This document shows positions 1 through 8,192 of a stretch of DNA of 64,000 nt, piece by piece. Both the position numbers and the translations under genes were made by a program. A model generated the notes under the pieces. That model saw only the letters and a program-made list of their open reading frames with translations. It made no database searches and was not told where the DNA came from. Source of the DNA: Sulfurovum sp. (lineage in GTDB: Bacteria > Campylobacterota > Campylobacteria > Campylobacterales > Sulfurovaceae); assembly GCA_026990595.1 (NCBI GenBank), contig JALXCZ010000011.1, forward strand, positions 25,312-89,311. The letters are read 5' to 3'. Position 1 is the first letter of the stretch; each line of letters starts with the position of its first letter.

Positions 1-2
1 AA

Positions 3-341
3 ATATGGTTCATTCTCAGTGATTCGATCGGTCTGGTCTCTTTTAGTATCGGGGGTGCGTTGGTCGCTTTGGAAACCGGGCTCAATATGACAGGGGTGCT
101 TGCCTTGTCATTTATTACAGCAGTTGGTGGCGGGATCGCCAGAGATGTTATTATTAATGAAGTACCTTTTGTTTTTAAAACAGGCTTTTACGGTACCGTT
201 TCACTTTTGACAGGTCTGCTGATCTACCTATTGGATAGGTTCAATATGATACATTTCTATCCCATAGCCATGGTCTTTGTTTTGGGTGTCGGGTTGAGAA
301 TGACCGCCTATTATAAAAAATGGTCTGTCCCTCTTGTTTAG
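3..341 (+). CDS. Trimeric intracellular cation channel (UPF0126/YadS-like) membrane protein, 5' truncated by the window edge
   Basis: Frame open from base 3 (IWFILSDSIGLVSFSIGG...). Contains SDSIGL and TAVGGGIARDVIINEVP motifs typical of UPF0126. Confidence 0.85.
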   Translation: MWFILSDSIGLVSFSIGGALVALETGLNMTGVLALSFITAVGGGIARDVIINEVPFVFKTGFYGTVSLLTGLLIYLLDRFNMIHFYPIAMVFVLGVGLRMTAYYKKWSVPLV

Positions 342-550
342 ATACCTCTTATCATAATACCTACGACTACCGGATCAATATAGAGCGGTTCATATTGCTG
401 TACACGCTCTCTTTTAGCATTGTAAGTGGCATTTTCAATGGTGGTACCGATGATGGCTCCGGGAAGCTCAAAGAGAGAAGGCAGATGACTGGCATCTTTG
501 GAACTGCAGCCTAAAAGAAAAAGAGAAAGAATAAGTAGTATCTGCTTCAT
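338..550 (-). CDS. Small hypothetical lipoprotein
   Basis: MKQILLILSLFLLGC signal peptide with lipobox (Cys15). Start placed at ATG 550; a TGGTATACT -10-like box lies upstream. Confidence 0.65.
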   Translation of the reverse strand: MKQILLILSLFLLGCSSKDASHLPSLFELPGAIIGTTIENATYNAKRERVQQYEPLYIDPVVVGIMIRGI

Positions 551-682
551 AAGAACCAACCTTTTACCTTAGTATACCAAATAAGCATGAACCGGTAGGG
601 TATGCGTATTATTGCAATGCCCCTCATGATATACCTCGGAAGAGAAGCTCATTACAGAGATATTTCTGTCTCTGAAATGATC

Positions 683-1312
683 TTATTTGATGAATTCAAC
701 TACTTCATCAAATGGAAGTCTAAGTTGTTTGGGTTGGGTATTCACTCTGTATCCGAAAGAGACAATGACCGAGACTTGCCATTTGGAAGTATCAAGTTCA
801 AGTATCTCTTCCACTTTCTCTTTTTCAAAGCCTTCCATGGGGCAGGAGTCTATGCCTGTGTATGCTGCTGCTGTCATCATATTTGCCAGGGCAATATAGG
901 TCTGTCTGGCTGTCCAACAGTAAATATTTTCATCTGAACTGAGTGTCTGGCTAAGATGTTTTGAATAGAGTTCAATGTAGCTTTCTATCTGTGCCTGTGG
1001 TAATTCTCGTCTGCCAAAACGTTTTGCCGGAATGCCTGAGTCCGGTTTTACATTTCCTATAGCAGCCAAAATAACCACCAAGTGTGAACAGCTTGTGACC
1101 TGTACCTGATTCCAGCATACAGGACGCAGTTTTTCTTTTAATGATTCGTTGGTGATGACAAGAAACTTCCACCCTTCCATACCGAAAGAGGAGGGGGACT
1201 TTCGTCCTGCTTCTAAAATGTAGTGTATCTCTTCATCGTTAATCTTTTTTGATTCATCAAATATTTTACAAGCATGTCTAAAATCCATGGCTTTGGTGAA
1301 ATTGTTTTGCAT
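683..1312 (-). CDS. NAD(P)H-dependent nitroreductase (NfsB-like)
   Basis: RHACKIFD, SPSSFGMEGWKF, DSCPMEGF and FGYR nitroreductase motifs. Confidence 0.9.
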   Translation of the reverse strand: MQNNFTKAMDFRHACKIFDESKKINDEEIHYILEAGRKSPSSFGMEGWKFLVITNESLKEKLRPVCWNQVQVTSCSHLVVILAAIGNVKPDSGIPAKRFGRRELPQAQIESYIELYSKHLSQTLSSDENIYCWTARQTYIALANMMTAAAYTGIDSCPMEGFEKEKVEEILELDTSKWQVSVIVSFGYRVNTQPKQLRLPFDEVVEFIK

Positions 1313-1370
1313 GTTAATCCTTTAGTTTGTAATATTGAACCTTATCAGTTTATATGCTATTATGTCAAGA

Positions 1371-1407
1371 ACTAACCAAAAAGGTATATACATACCAAAA
1401 GGATACT
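1371..1407. promoter_or_regulatory. Candidate HxlR-family operator (two ACC-A4/5-GG boxes)
   Basis: ACTAACCAAAAAGGTATA and ACATACCAAAAGGATACT in tandem between the divergent nitroreductase and HxlR genes. Confidence 0.35.
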
Positions 1408-1408
1408 A

Positions 1409-1759
1409 ATGAAGATAAAATATGATGGCAAAGAGTATACATGTTCTTTTGGTTTTGCCCTTGATATGGTCTCTGGAAAGTGGAAAGGGCTTATACTTTG
1501 GTACCTGAGAGAAGAAACTTTACGCTATGGTGAAATTCGTAAAAAATTAGATGGTATTACACAAAAAATGTTGACACAAACGCTGAGAGATTTGGAAAAG
1601 CACCAGCTTATTACAAGAAAAGTATACCCTGTAGTACCTCCGAAAGTTGAATATACCATTACAGAACACGGGTTAAAACTTATACCTATTTTTGAACAAA
1701 TGGTGGAATGGGGTAATGATGTAGGTGCACAACTTGGTGAGGTATTGGAGTGTGATTAG
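1409..1759 (+). CDS. HxlR-family winged-helix transcriptional regulator
   Basis: GKWKGLILWYL, ITQKMLTQTLRDLE and VPPKVEYTIT motifs. Confidence 0.92.
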   Translation: MKIKYDGKEYTCSFGFALDMVSGKWKGLILWYLREETLRYGEIRKKLDGITQKMLTQTLRDLEKHQLITRKVYPVVPPKVEYTITEHGLKLIPIFEQMVEWGNDVGAQLGEVLECD

Positions 1760-1802
1760 AATGTGGTATACTTATGGGTATCACCTATTATTAGAGGTTC
1801 CC

Positions 1803-1837
1803 TTATAGAACTCTCTGAATTCTAGGTTATTCAGAGG
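1803..1837. repeat. AT-rich intergenic palindrome, family E, copy 1
   Basis: TTATAGAACTCTCTGAATTCTAGGTTATTCAGAGG closely matches the reverse complement of 35300-35342. Confidence 0.6.
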
Positions 1838-1857
1838 AAATACACACAGGAGTGATA

Positions 1858-2385
1858 ATGAAATATATATTATTGGTAATATTAAGTATCACATTAGTGC
1901 TGGCGGAAGGTTTCACACTAAAAAGCAGTGACTTTGGCGGTCAGCTTGCGAAAGTGCAGGAGTTCAATGGTTTTGGGTGCAGTGGACAGAATATCTCACC
2001 GGGACTTTCTTGGAGCGGTGCGCCCAAAGGAACAAAAAGTTTTGCAGTGACCCTGTACGACCCGGATGCTCCTACAGGAAGCGGATGGTGGCACTGGATC
2101 GTGGTGAATATTCCTGCAAATGTCACTTTGCTTCCTACGGGTGCTTCAGGCAAAGCAATGCCCAAAGGAGTGTTGGAGATCATCAACGACTATGGTACTG
2201 CAGGATTTGGCGGTGCCTGTCCTCCCAAAGGTGACAAACCGCATCGTTACATTTTTACCGTTTATGCCTTGGATGTGGAGAAGCTTGATGTTAAAGGTGA
2301 TACCAATGATCCTGTAGTAGGGTACTATATCAATGCACATACCTTGTCCAAGGCTTCATTGATTTCCTATTACGGAAGGCAGTAG
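1858..2385 (+). CDS. YbhB/YbcL family (PEBP/Raf kinase inhibitor-like) periplasmic protein
   Basis: Signal peptide; YDPDAPTGSGWWHW and GACPPKGDKPHRYIFTVYALD motifs. RBS CAGGAG before ATG 1858. Confidence 0.92.
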   Translation: MKYILLVILSITLVLAEGFTLKSSDFGGQLAKVQEFNGFGCSGQNISPGLSWSGAPKGTKSFAVTLYDPDAPTGSGWWHWIVVNIPANVTLLPTGASGKAMPKGVLEIINDYGTAGFGGACPPKGDKPHRYIFTVYALDVEKLDVKGDTNDPVVGYYINAHTLSKASLISYYGRQ

Positions 2386-2425
2386 CAGGGGTTTTGTATC
2401 TGTGGAAGGTATGATGATACAGTAA

Positions 2426-2890
2426 TCAGAGGGTGCCGTTCTCTACCTTTTCTATAAGATCTGTCAGACATCTTTCTATCATAGTATATACATTTTCAAT
2501 ACCTTCATCAAAGGTATCGAAAAAGTAAGGGTCAGGAACATCTGCACCTAAATAATCTGCAAACTCACCTAAAAGATAGACATTGCGAAAGCCCAGTGTC
2601 TCTAGTTTCTTTTTATTGTCTGCATCCATTGCTACCACAAGATCAAAAATATTTTTATCGGTTCTTTTTACCTGTCTTGCACGCAGTTTGGAGATGTCAA
2701 CATGATGCATATGGGCTATTTTTATGGAGTCGGCACAGGGTACTTCTCCTTCATGCCAACTGCTTGTGCCTGCCGAGTCTATTTCAAATTTCAGGTTTTT
2801 TGTTTTGGAAATCTCTTTGGCAATGCCTTCAGCCAACGGACTGCGGCAAATGTTGCCCAAACAGACAAACAAGATCTTGATTTGTGACAT
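2426..2890 (-). CDS. Low-molecular-weight protein-tyrosine phosphatase
   Basis: VCLGNICRSPLAE P-loop and DVPDPYF motif. Confidence 0.93.
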   Translation of the reverse strand: MSQIKILFVCLGNICRSPLAEGIAKEISKTKNLKFEIDSAGTSSWHEGEVPCADSIKIAHMHHVDISKLRARQVKRTDKNIFDLVVAMDADNKKKLETLGFRNVYLLGEFADYLGADVPDPYFFDTFDEGIENVYTMIERCLTDLIEKVENGTL

Positions 2891-2955
2891 TTTCTACCTT
2901 TTACCTTTACTGAAAAAAATTATGGTTACAATAGCAAAAAAACTTGGATAGCTTG

Positions 2956-3972
2956 ATGAAAATTTTTCTTATAGTATTATTTCTTCTTACCCTTTCAGTA
3001 CAGGCTAAAGATTATACCAAAAATGCCAATACAGTCATATTCATTGATAAGGTCAGTAAAGCCTATGGTTTTAAAAAAGCATATCTTGAAGCACTTTTTT
3101 CAGATGTAAAAATACAGAAACGTCCGCTTGCTTTTTTTCGTCCGAGAAAAAAAATCAAACGTACACCAGAGCAGATAGCAAGACTGAAAAAACTGTATCC
3201 GAAATATGGAGCATGGGACAGATATGCCAGACTGAAGGTCAATCCGAGCCGAGTAGAACAGGGTGTGAGATTTATTCAAAGGTATCGCAAAACGTTTGAT
3301 GAAGTGGAGAAGAGGTTTGGTGTGCCCAAGGAGTATATTACAGCGATCATAGGCATAGAAACAGTCTATGGAGGACATGTGGGGAAGTATCCTGTATTTG
3401 ATACACTGACGACACTGGCTTTTGAGAAAAACCGCAGAAACAGGTTTTTTAAAAAACAGCTTCAAAAGTTCATACATTTAGCCTATACACAGAAATTTGA
3501 TCCAAAAGATGTCTACGGATCGTATGCCGGAGCTATAGGCTTGGGACAGTTTATGCCGAGCAATTATGAAGCATATGGTGTGGATTTTAACGGTGACGGA
3601 CGGATCACACTGCAAAAAGCCGAAGATGCCATTGCCAGTATTGCAAACTATTTTAAAAAGAACGGCTGGAGAAGAGGTGAACCGGTAGCAACACGGGTAA
3701 GTTATAAAGGGTTAAGATTCAAAGGCTACAGAACAGGCTATAAAAAATCCTATACCCGTGAGCAGCTCACAGGAATAACACCAAAAGATGGAAAGTGGGG
3801 GTATCACGGGAAAGTAAGGTTGATAAAACTCAATAAAAAGGCGTATGATGAACTTTGGTACGGAACAAAGAATTTCTTTGTGATCACCCGTTATAACCAT
3901 AGTGCCTATTATGCCATGGCAGTGCATCAACTGGCTACAAAAATAAGAGAGAAACTAAACCATGAAAATTAA
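2956..3972 (+). CDS. mltB: Lytic murein transglycosylase B family
   Basis: AIIGIETVYG catalytic region, GSYAGAIGLGQFMPSNY, VDFNGDG and ITRYNHS motifs; N-terminal signal peptide. Confidence 0.88.
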   Translation: MKIFLIVLFLLTLSVQAKDYTKNANTVIFIDKVSKAYGFKKAYLEALFSDVKIQKRPLAFFRPRKKIKRTPEQIARLKKLYPKYGAWDRYARLKVNPSRVEQGVRFIQRYRKTFDEVEKRFGVPKEYITAIIGIETVYGGHVGKYPVFDTLTTLAFEKNRRNRFFKKQLQKFIHLAYTQKFDPKDVYGSYAGAIGLGQFMPSNYEAYGVDFNGDGRITLQKAEDAIASIANYFKKNGWRRGEPVATRVSYKGLRFKGYRTGYKKSYTREQLTGITPKDGKWGYHGKVRLIKLNKKAYDELWYGTKNFFVITRYNHSAYYAMAVHQLATKIREKLNHEN

Positions 3973-4423
3973 TGTGATCATCATCGACAAGAAAGGCAAA
4001 GACAAACTCTATGCAGGGCTTATAGAACACTATATAAAAATAGCAAAACCTTTTGCCAAAGTAGAAGTGATAGAACTTTTTGACAAAGAAATAGCCAAAG
4101 CACATGATATTTCTTCTCAAGCAGCTCAAAGATCTTATACAAAAGCCTTGGAAAAATATTTGAAATCCGGTGTAAATATAGCTTTAGATCCTTCGTCAAA
4201 AGAGGTTGATAGTCATGATTTTGCAAAATTGCTTAAGGATAGCGTCACTGTAAATTTCTTCATTGGCGGTGCATACGGCTTTGAGAGGGGTTTTTTGCGT
4301 CAATGTAATAATGCCGTATCATTTGGTAAAATAACGCTTTCACATAAACTAGTGAAGGTTGTTTTATTGGAGCAGATATTCAGAGGGCTTACAATTAACA
4401 ATAATCATCCATACCATAAGTAG
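3962..4423 (+). CDS. rlmH: 23S rRNA (pseudouridine1915-N3)-methyltransferase
   Basis: FFIGGAYGF, LSHKLVKVVLLEQIFRG and HPYHK motifs. Confidence 0.93.
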   Translation: MKINVIIIDKKGKDKLYAGLIEHYIKIAKPFAKVEVIELFDKEIAKAHDISSQAAQRSYTKALEKYLKSGVNIALDPSSKEVDSHDFAKLLKDSVTVNFFIGGAYGFERGFLRQCNNAVSFGKITLSHKLVKVVLLEQIFRGLTINNNHPYHK

Positions 4424-4526
4424 ATGTTCTACTTATTCTTGCCAAAGGCAAAGCTTTAGTGATTGAATTTGCTATGAGCTTTACTTAATAGCAAGTGAGA
4501 AACTTAATAATAACAGGAAGAAGTAA

Positions 4527-4883
4527 ATGCTTACAAAAAAAGAATTAGAAGAGTTTGAACAAAAGTTATCTGAAAGAAAAATACAGATTGAAAAAAACCT
4601 TACAGGTACAACGCTTGAATTGGAAGAGATGAGAGACCTTGATCTGAGTGATGAAGGTGATCATGCCGCCGCATCTGCGGAAACGATCGTAGATAGTGCG
4701 ATTTTAGTACAACAGCGTAAAGAATTAAACGAAATTGAACTTGCTTTAGATAAAATAAAAAAAGGGACTTACGGTATTTGTGAAATGTGTGAAGAGCCTA
4801 TAGGCAAAGCACGTCTAGAAGTGAAGAATTTTGCACGTTTCTGTATTACATGCCGGGAGATCAACGAAAAAGAACAGAACTAA
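4527..4883 (+). CDS. dksA: RNA polymerase-binding protein DksA
   Basis: DEGD coiled-coil tip and CEMC...C-x2-C zinc finger. Confidence 0.9.
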   Translation: MLTKKELEEFEQKLSERKIQIEKNLTGTTLELEEMRDLDLSDEGDHAAASAETIVDSAILVQQRKELNEIELALDKIKKGTYGICEMCEEPIGKARLEVKNFARFCITCREINEKEQN

Positions 4884-4893
4884 AGGAGCTAAA

Positions 4894-5922
4894 ATGAGAT
4901 TGGGTCTATATATTTTTGCAGCACTGACACTGAGTGTTATTATCGGTGCATTTGCCTATACCATCAATCCAAACAATTATGTCGTAGAGATCATGGGTAT
5001 TAACTTCAATTTCCCGGTAGCGGTCTGGTTAATATTACCAATGTTGCTTTTACTGGCTTTTACGATCGTGCATATGCTTTTTTACAGTCTAAAAAGTTAT
5101 TTTAAACTTAAAAAATGGCAAAGAGATGCAGCAACTTTGGATGATGCCCTTTACTGGTCATTGGTCAATGAGCCCAAAGAACAGAAATATGCGATAACAG
5201 AGATCGCCAGTTCGGCAGCTTTGTTGGGAAAATCCTCTCTTAATGTCCTTGATAATGTTGAAGGGCTTAGTCCAAGATTGGCAAAAGTATTGAATATTAT
5301 CAATAAAATTAAAAATGGTGAGTTCATAGACCTTAAAGAACATAAAATGGCAAAGGTTTTCAATGAGGGGAATCCGCTTTTAATACAAAACAGACTCAAC
5401 CGTTTGGAATCGGATGAAAAATTTGTTGAGGAAGTGATGAAATCTTCCTCTTCTTATTCCGATATGGTACGAGGGCAGGCACTGGAGATCTTTGCGCGCA
5501 AGGAGACATTTTTCAAAGCACGTAAATATGCAAAAGTATTTGATGTAAAGAACTTTATGGTGATGCTTGAAAGAGTGAACCATGAAGAAGAAATGGGGCT
5601 TACCAGTGAAATTTTAAATGATTTTGTCTCTACCCTGAAGCTGGCATGCAGTGATTTTGTCAAGATTGCAGACGTAACAAAAAAGCAGTTCACACCTGAT
5701 GAGAACTTAGCACTTTTTAAACAGTATCAGACAGACAATCCTAAAGCGCAGAATGCCTATCTTTATCTTCTATTCGAATATGAGCTTTTAGATGCTGTGG
5801 CGGCTTACCTTGAAGAGCATGAAGAGAGTGAATTTGTTAAATTCAGAGCACTTTATGAGCTTAAAAAAGAGCATAAGAACTATAAATTAGAAGACCTTAT
5901 CGATACTGATTCTATTTGCTAG
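4894..5922 (+). CDS. Conserved membrane-anchored hypothetical protein (two N-terminal TM helices, helical C-terminal domain)
   Basis: ATG 4894 after AAGGAG. Hydrophobic N-terminus; lies between dksA and dus. Confidence 0.75.
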   Translation: MRLGLYIFAALTLSVIIGAFAYTINPNNYVVEIMGINFNFPVAVWLILPMLLLLAFTIVHMLFYSLKSYFKLKKWQRDAATLDDALYWSLVNEPKEQKYAITEIASSAALLGKSSLNVLDNVEGLSPRLAKVLNIINKIKNGEFIDLKEHKMAKVFNEGNPLLIQNRLNRLESDEKFVEEVMKSSSSYSDMVRGQALEIFARKETFFKARKYAKVFDVKNFMVMLERVNHEEEMGLTSEILNDFVSTLKLACSDFVKIADVTKKQFTPDENLALFKQYQTDNPKAQNAYLYLLFEYELLDAVAAYLEEHEESEFVKFRALYELKKEHKNYKLEDLIDTDSIC

Positions 5923-5935
5923 TTGCCTCGAATAA

Positions 5936-6895
5936 GTGATGCCTAAACTAGATTTTTCAAAACCCATTTATGCTTTAGCCCCGCTTGCGGGCTTTACAGA
6001 TCTTCCTTTTCGTTCAGTTGTCAAGAAATTTGGAGTTGATCTCACTGTCAGTGAGATGATCAGCTCCAATGCGCTTGCCCATAACTCTAAAAAAACCCAT
6101 AAAATGCTGGAAAAAAGTGAACTTGAATCCCCTTATTCTATACAGATCGCAGGTTCAGATCTGGACGTTATTAAGCGTGCGGTAGATATCATTAACAAAA
6201 AAGACGGGGTAGATGTTATTGATCTGAATTGTGGTTGTCCTGCACCCAAGGTGGTCAATAACCTACAAGGCTCTTCACTCCTTACCGATCTTGATCAGAT
6301 GGGAAAAGTAATAGAGACTATTAAAAAATACTCCAATAAAGAGTATACTTCTGTAAAAATGCGATTGGGCTTCAATGAAAAGAATCATATGCAGATTTCA
6401 AAAATCATTGAAGATGCAGGAGCAGATTTTCTTGCTGTGCATGGGCGTACCCGTGCAGGTAAATATAAAGCGGCAGTGGATTATGATGCGATCGCCGAAA
6501 TAAAATCCAATGTAACTATTCCTGTCATCGCAAATGGTGATATTGATTCTGTAGAGAAAGCAAAATGGGTATTGGAATACACCAAAGCAGACGGTATTAT
6601 GATAGGACGCGCAGCTGTAGGGAATCCGTGGATATTCCATCAGATAAAAACAGGAGAAGAGCAAGTCGATACAGAGCTTATGAGAAGAGTGGTACTGGAG
6701 CATTTTGACCAGATGACAGCACATTATGGTGACTACGGAGCCATTATGTTCCGTAAGCATTTGCATACCTACTCAAAAGCTGGTTATCAAGGTGCTTCAG
6801 CTTTTAGAAATGAAGTGAATACTATTTCTGATGCTGCAAAAATGAGGGAGACGGTTTACAGCTTCTTTTCTCAAGAGATTTTTAAAAAGATTTGA
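5936..6895 (+). CDS. dusB: tRNA-dihydrouridine synthase
   Basis: LAPLAGFTD, DLNCGCP, VHGRTR and GIMIGRAAVGNPW motifs. Confidence 0.9.
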   Translation: MMPKLDFSKPIYALAPLAGFTDLPFRSVVKKFGVDLTVSEMISSNALAHNSKKTHKMLEKSELESPYSIQIAGSDLDVIKRAVDIINKKDGVDVIDLNCGCPAPKVVNNLQGSSLLTDLDQMGKVIETIKKYSNKEYTSVKMRLGFNEKNHMQISKIIEDAGADFLAVHGRTRAGKYKAAVDYDAIAEIKSNVTIPVIANGDIDSVEKAKWVLEYTKADGIMIGRAAVGNPWIFHQIKTGEEQVDTELMRRVVLEHFDQMTAHYGDYGAIMFRKHLHTYSKAGYQGASAFRNEVNTISDAAKMRETVYSFFSQEIFKKI

Positions 6896-6960
6896 TATAT
6901 ATCAAATCTTTTAAACCAAGGTTATATTATAATCCCGCAATTTATTTATAAAGGTCAATC

Positions 6961-7380
6961 ATGACATATCTTATTATCCATACTATCCACCTTTTTGCAG
7001 CATTTATCTATGGTGGGTTTCTCATTGTAGACAATCTTTTTTTAGTTCATATCAAAGAGGCATTTTCTGCTGAAGAACATACAAAGATACGTGAATCTTT
7101 TATGAAATATGTTCGTAAAGTGGTACCACCGAGTCTTATTGTTGCAGTAGTTACCGGGCTTTATCTTATCTCTCAGATCTATGGTCCCATAGGCAAAGAG
7201 GGACTCAGTACCTTTCAAATGATCCTTGGACTGAAAGCATTTTTAGGTATCTGGCTTGGATTACGCGGTGGCTTGCAGGTTTATTTCAAAATACAGCCGT
7301 TTGTCTTTAAAAGTCATGTGCTGCCTTTTGCTTTTGTTATTACCATTATTTTCCTCTCTCAGTTTATGTGGATTCAGTAG
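6961..7380 (+). CDS. Hypothetical 4-TM membrane protein (CopD/DUF4149-like)
   Basis: IHTIHLFAAFIYGG first helix; four hydrophobic segments. Confidence 0.65.
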   Translation: MTYLIIHTIHLFAAFIYGGFLIVDNLFLVHIKEAFSAEEHTKIRESFMKYVRKVVPPSLIVAVVTGLYLISQIYGPIGKEGLSTFQMILGLKAFLGIWLGLRGGLQVYFKIQPFVFKSHVLPFAFVITIIFLSQFMWIQ

Positions 7381-7387
7381 CAAATCA

Positions 7388-7396
7388 TGCTATAAT
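7388..7396 (+). promoter_or_regulatory. Extended -10 promoter box
   Basis: TGCTATAAT 28 nt upstream of the tauE start. Confidence 0.6.
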
Positions 7397-7424
7397 TCCA
7401 AATTAATTTTTTGGAGTATAGCAG

Positions 7425-8165
7425 ATGATCATAGAGTTGTTACTGGTAGGTATCTTTATCGGTACTATGTCAGGTTTTTTTGGTATAGGTGGAGGAATGA
7501 TACTTGTGCCTATTCTTCTTGCACTTGGCTTTGAGATCAAAGATGCGATCGGTATCTCTATTGTACAGATGGTTTTTAGCTCTGTATTTGGTTCATTCCT
7601 GAATTGGAGAAAAGGTTCTCTCATTGTAGAAGAGGGTATTTTTGTGGGTATAGGCGGATTTTTTGGTGGGTATATTGGTGGGAAAGTCACCCATCTTGTA
7701 TCTGATCAAGTCTTGCAAATTCTTTTTCTCGGACTTTTGCTCTATTCACTTGTCAGACTCTTCTTTTCCAAGCACCATACTGATGATACACAGACAAAAA
7801 CATTGAACAAAGGTTTACTTTTTGTTATAGGCTCTGGTATCGGTATCTTCTCTATTGCTTTGGGGATTGGTGGATCAGTGATCTTAACGCCTCTTTTGGT
7901 AGGATTGCTGCATTATCCCATTAAAAAAGCAGTCAGTGCAGGATTGTTTTTTGTTGTATTCTCCTCTATAGCAGGTTTGATAAGTAGATTAAGTACAGGA
8001 ATGATCGATTTTAACAATGGTCTGATTGTCGCAATAGCTTCTTTAGTAGGGGTGGGCTTTGGTATATGGCTTAAAGAGTATGTAAAAGACAACCATCATA
8101 AAATGGCACTTTTGGTGCTCTATCTGCTTGCAACTCTGATGCTTGTTAAGAAAATGTGGTTTTGA
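7425..8165 (+). CDS. Sulfite exporter TauE/SafE family protein
   Basis: GFFGIGGGMILVP and the repeat LGIGGSVILTP; about 8 TM segments. Confidence 0.88.
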   Translation: MIIELLLVGIFIGTMSGFFGIGGGMILVPILLALGFEIKDAIGISIVQMVFSSVFGSFLNWRKGSLIVEEGIFVGIGGFFGGYIGGKVTHLVSDQVLQILFLGLLLYSLVRLFFSKHHTDDTQTKTLNKGLLFVIGSGIGIFSIALGIGGSVILTPLLVGLLHYPIKKAVSAGLFFVVFSSIAGLISRLSTGMIDFNNGLIVAIASLVGVGFGIWLKEYVKDNHHKMALLVLYLLATLMLVKKMWF

Positions 8166-8192
8166 TAAAGAAAATAGAAGTTTGGAGAATGA

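Noticed and set aside
602-937. 111-aa plus-strand ORF with a CVCCCCHH stretch
   Set aside because: Mostly antisense to the nitroreductase; the cysteine run derives from Ala/Met codons on the coding strand.
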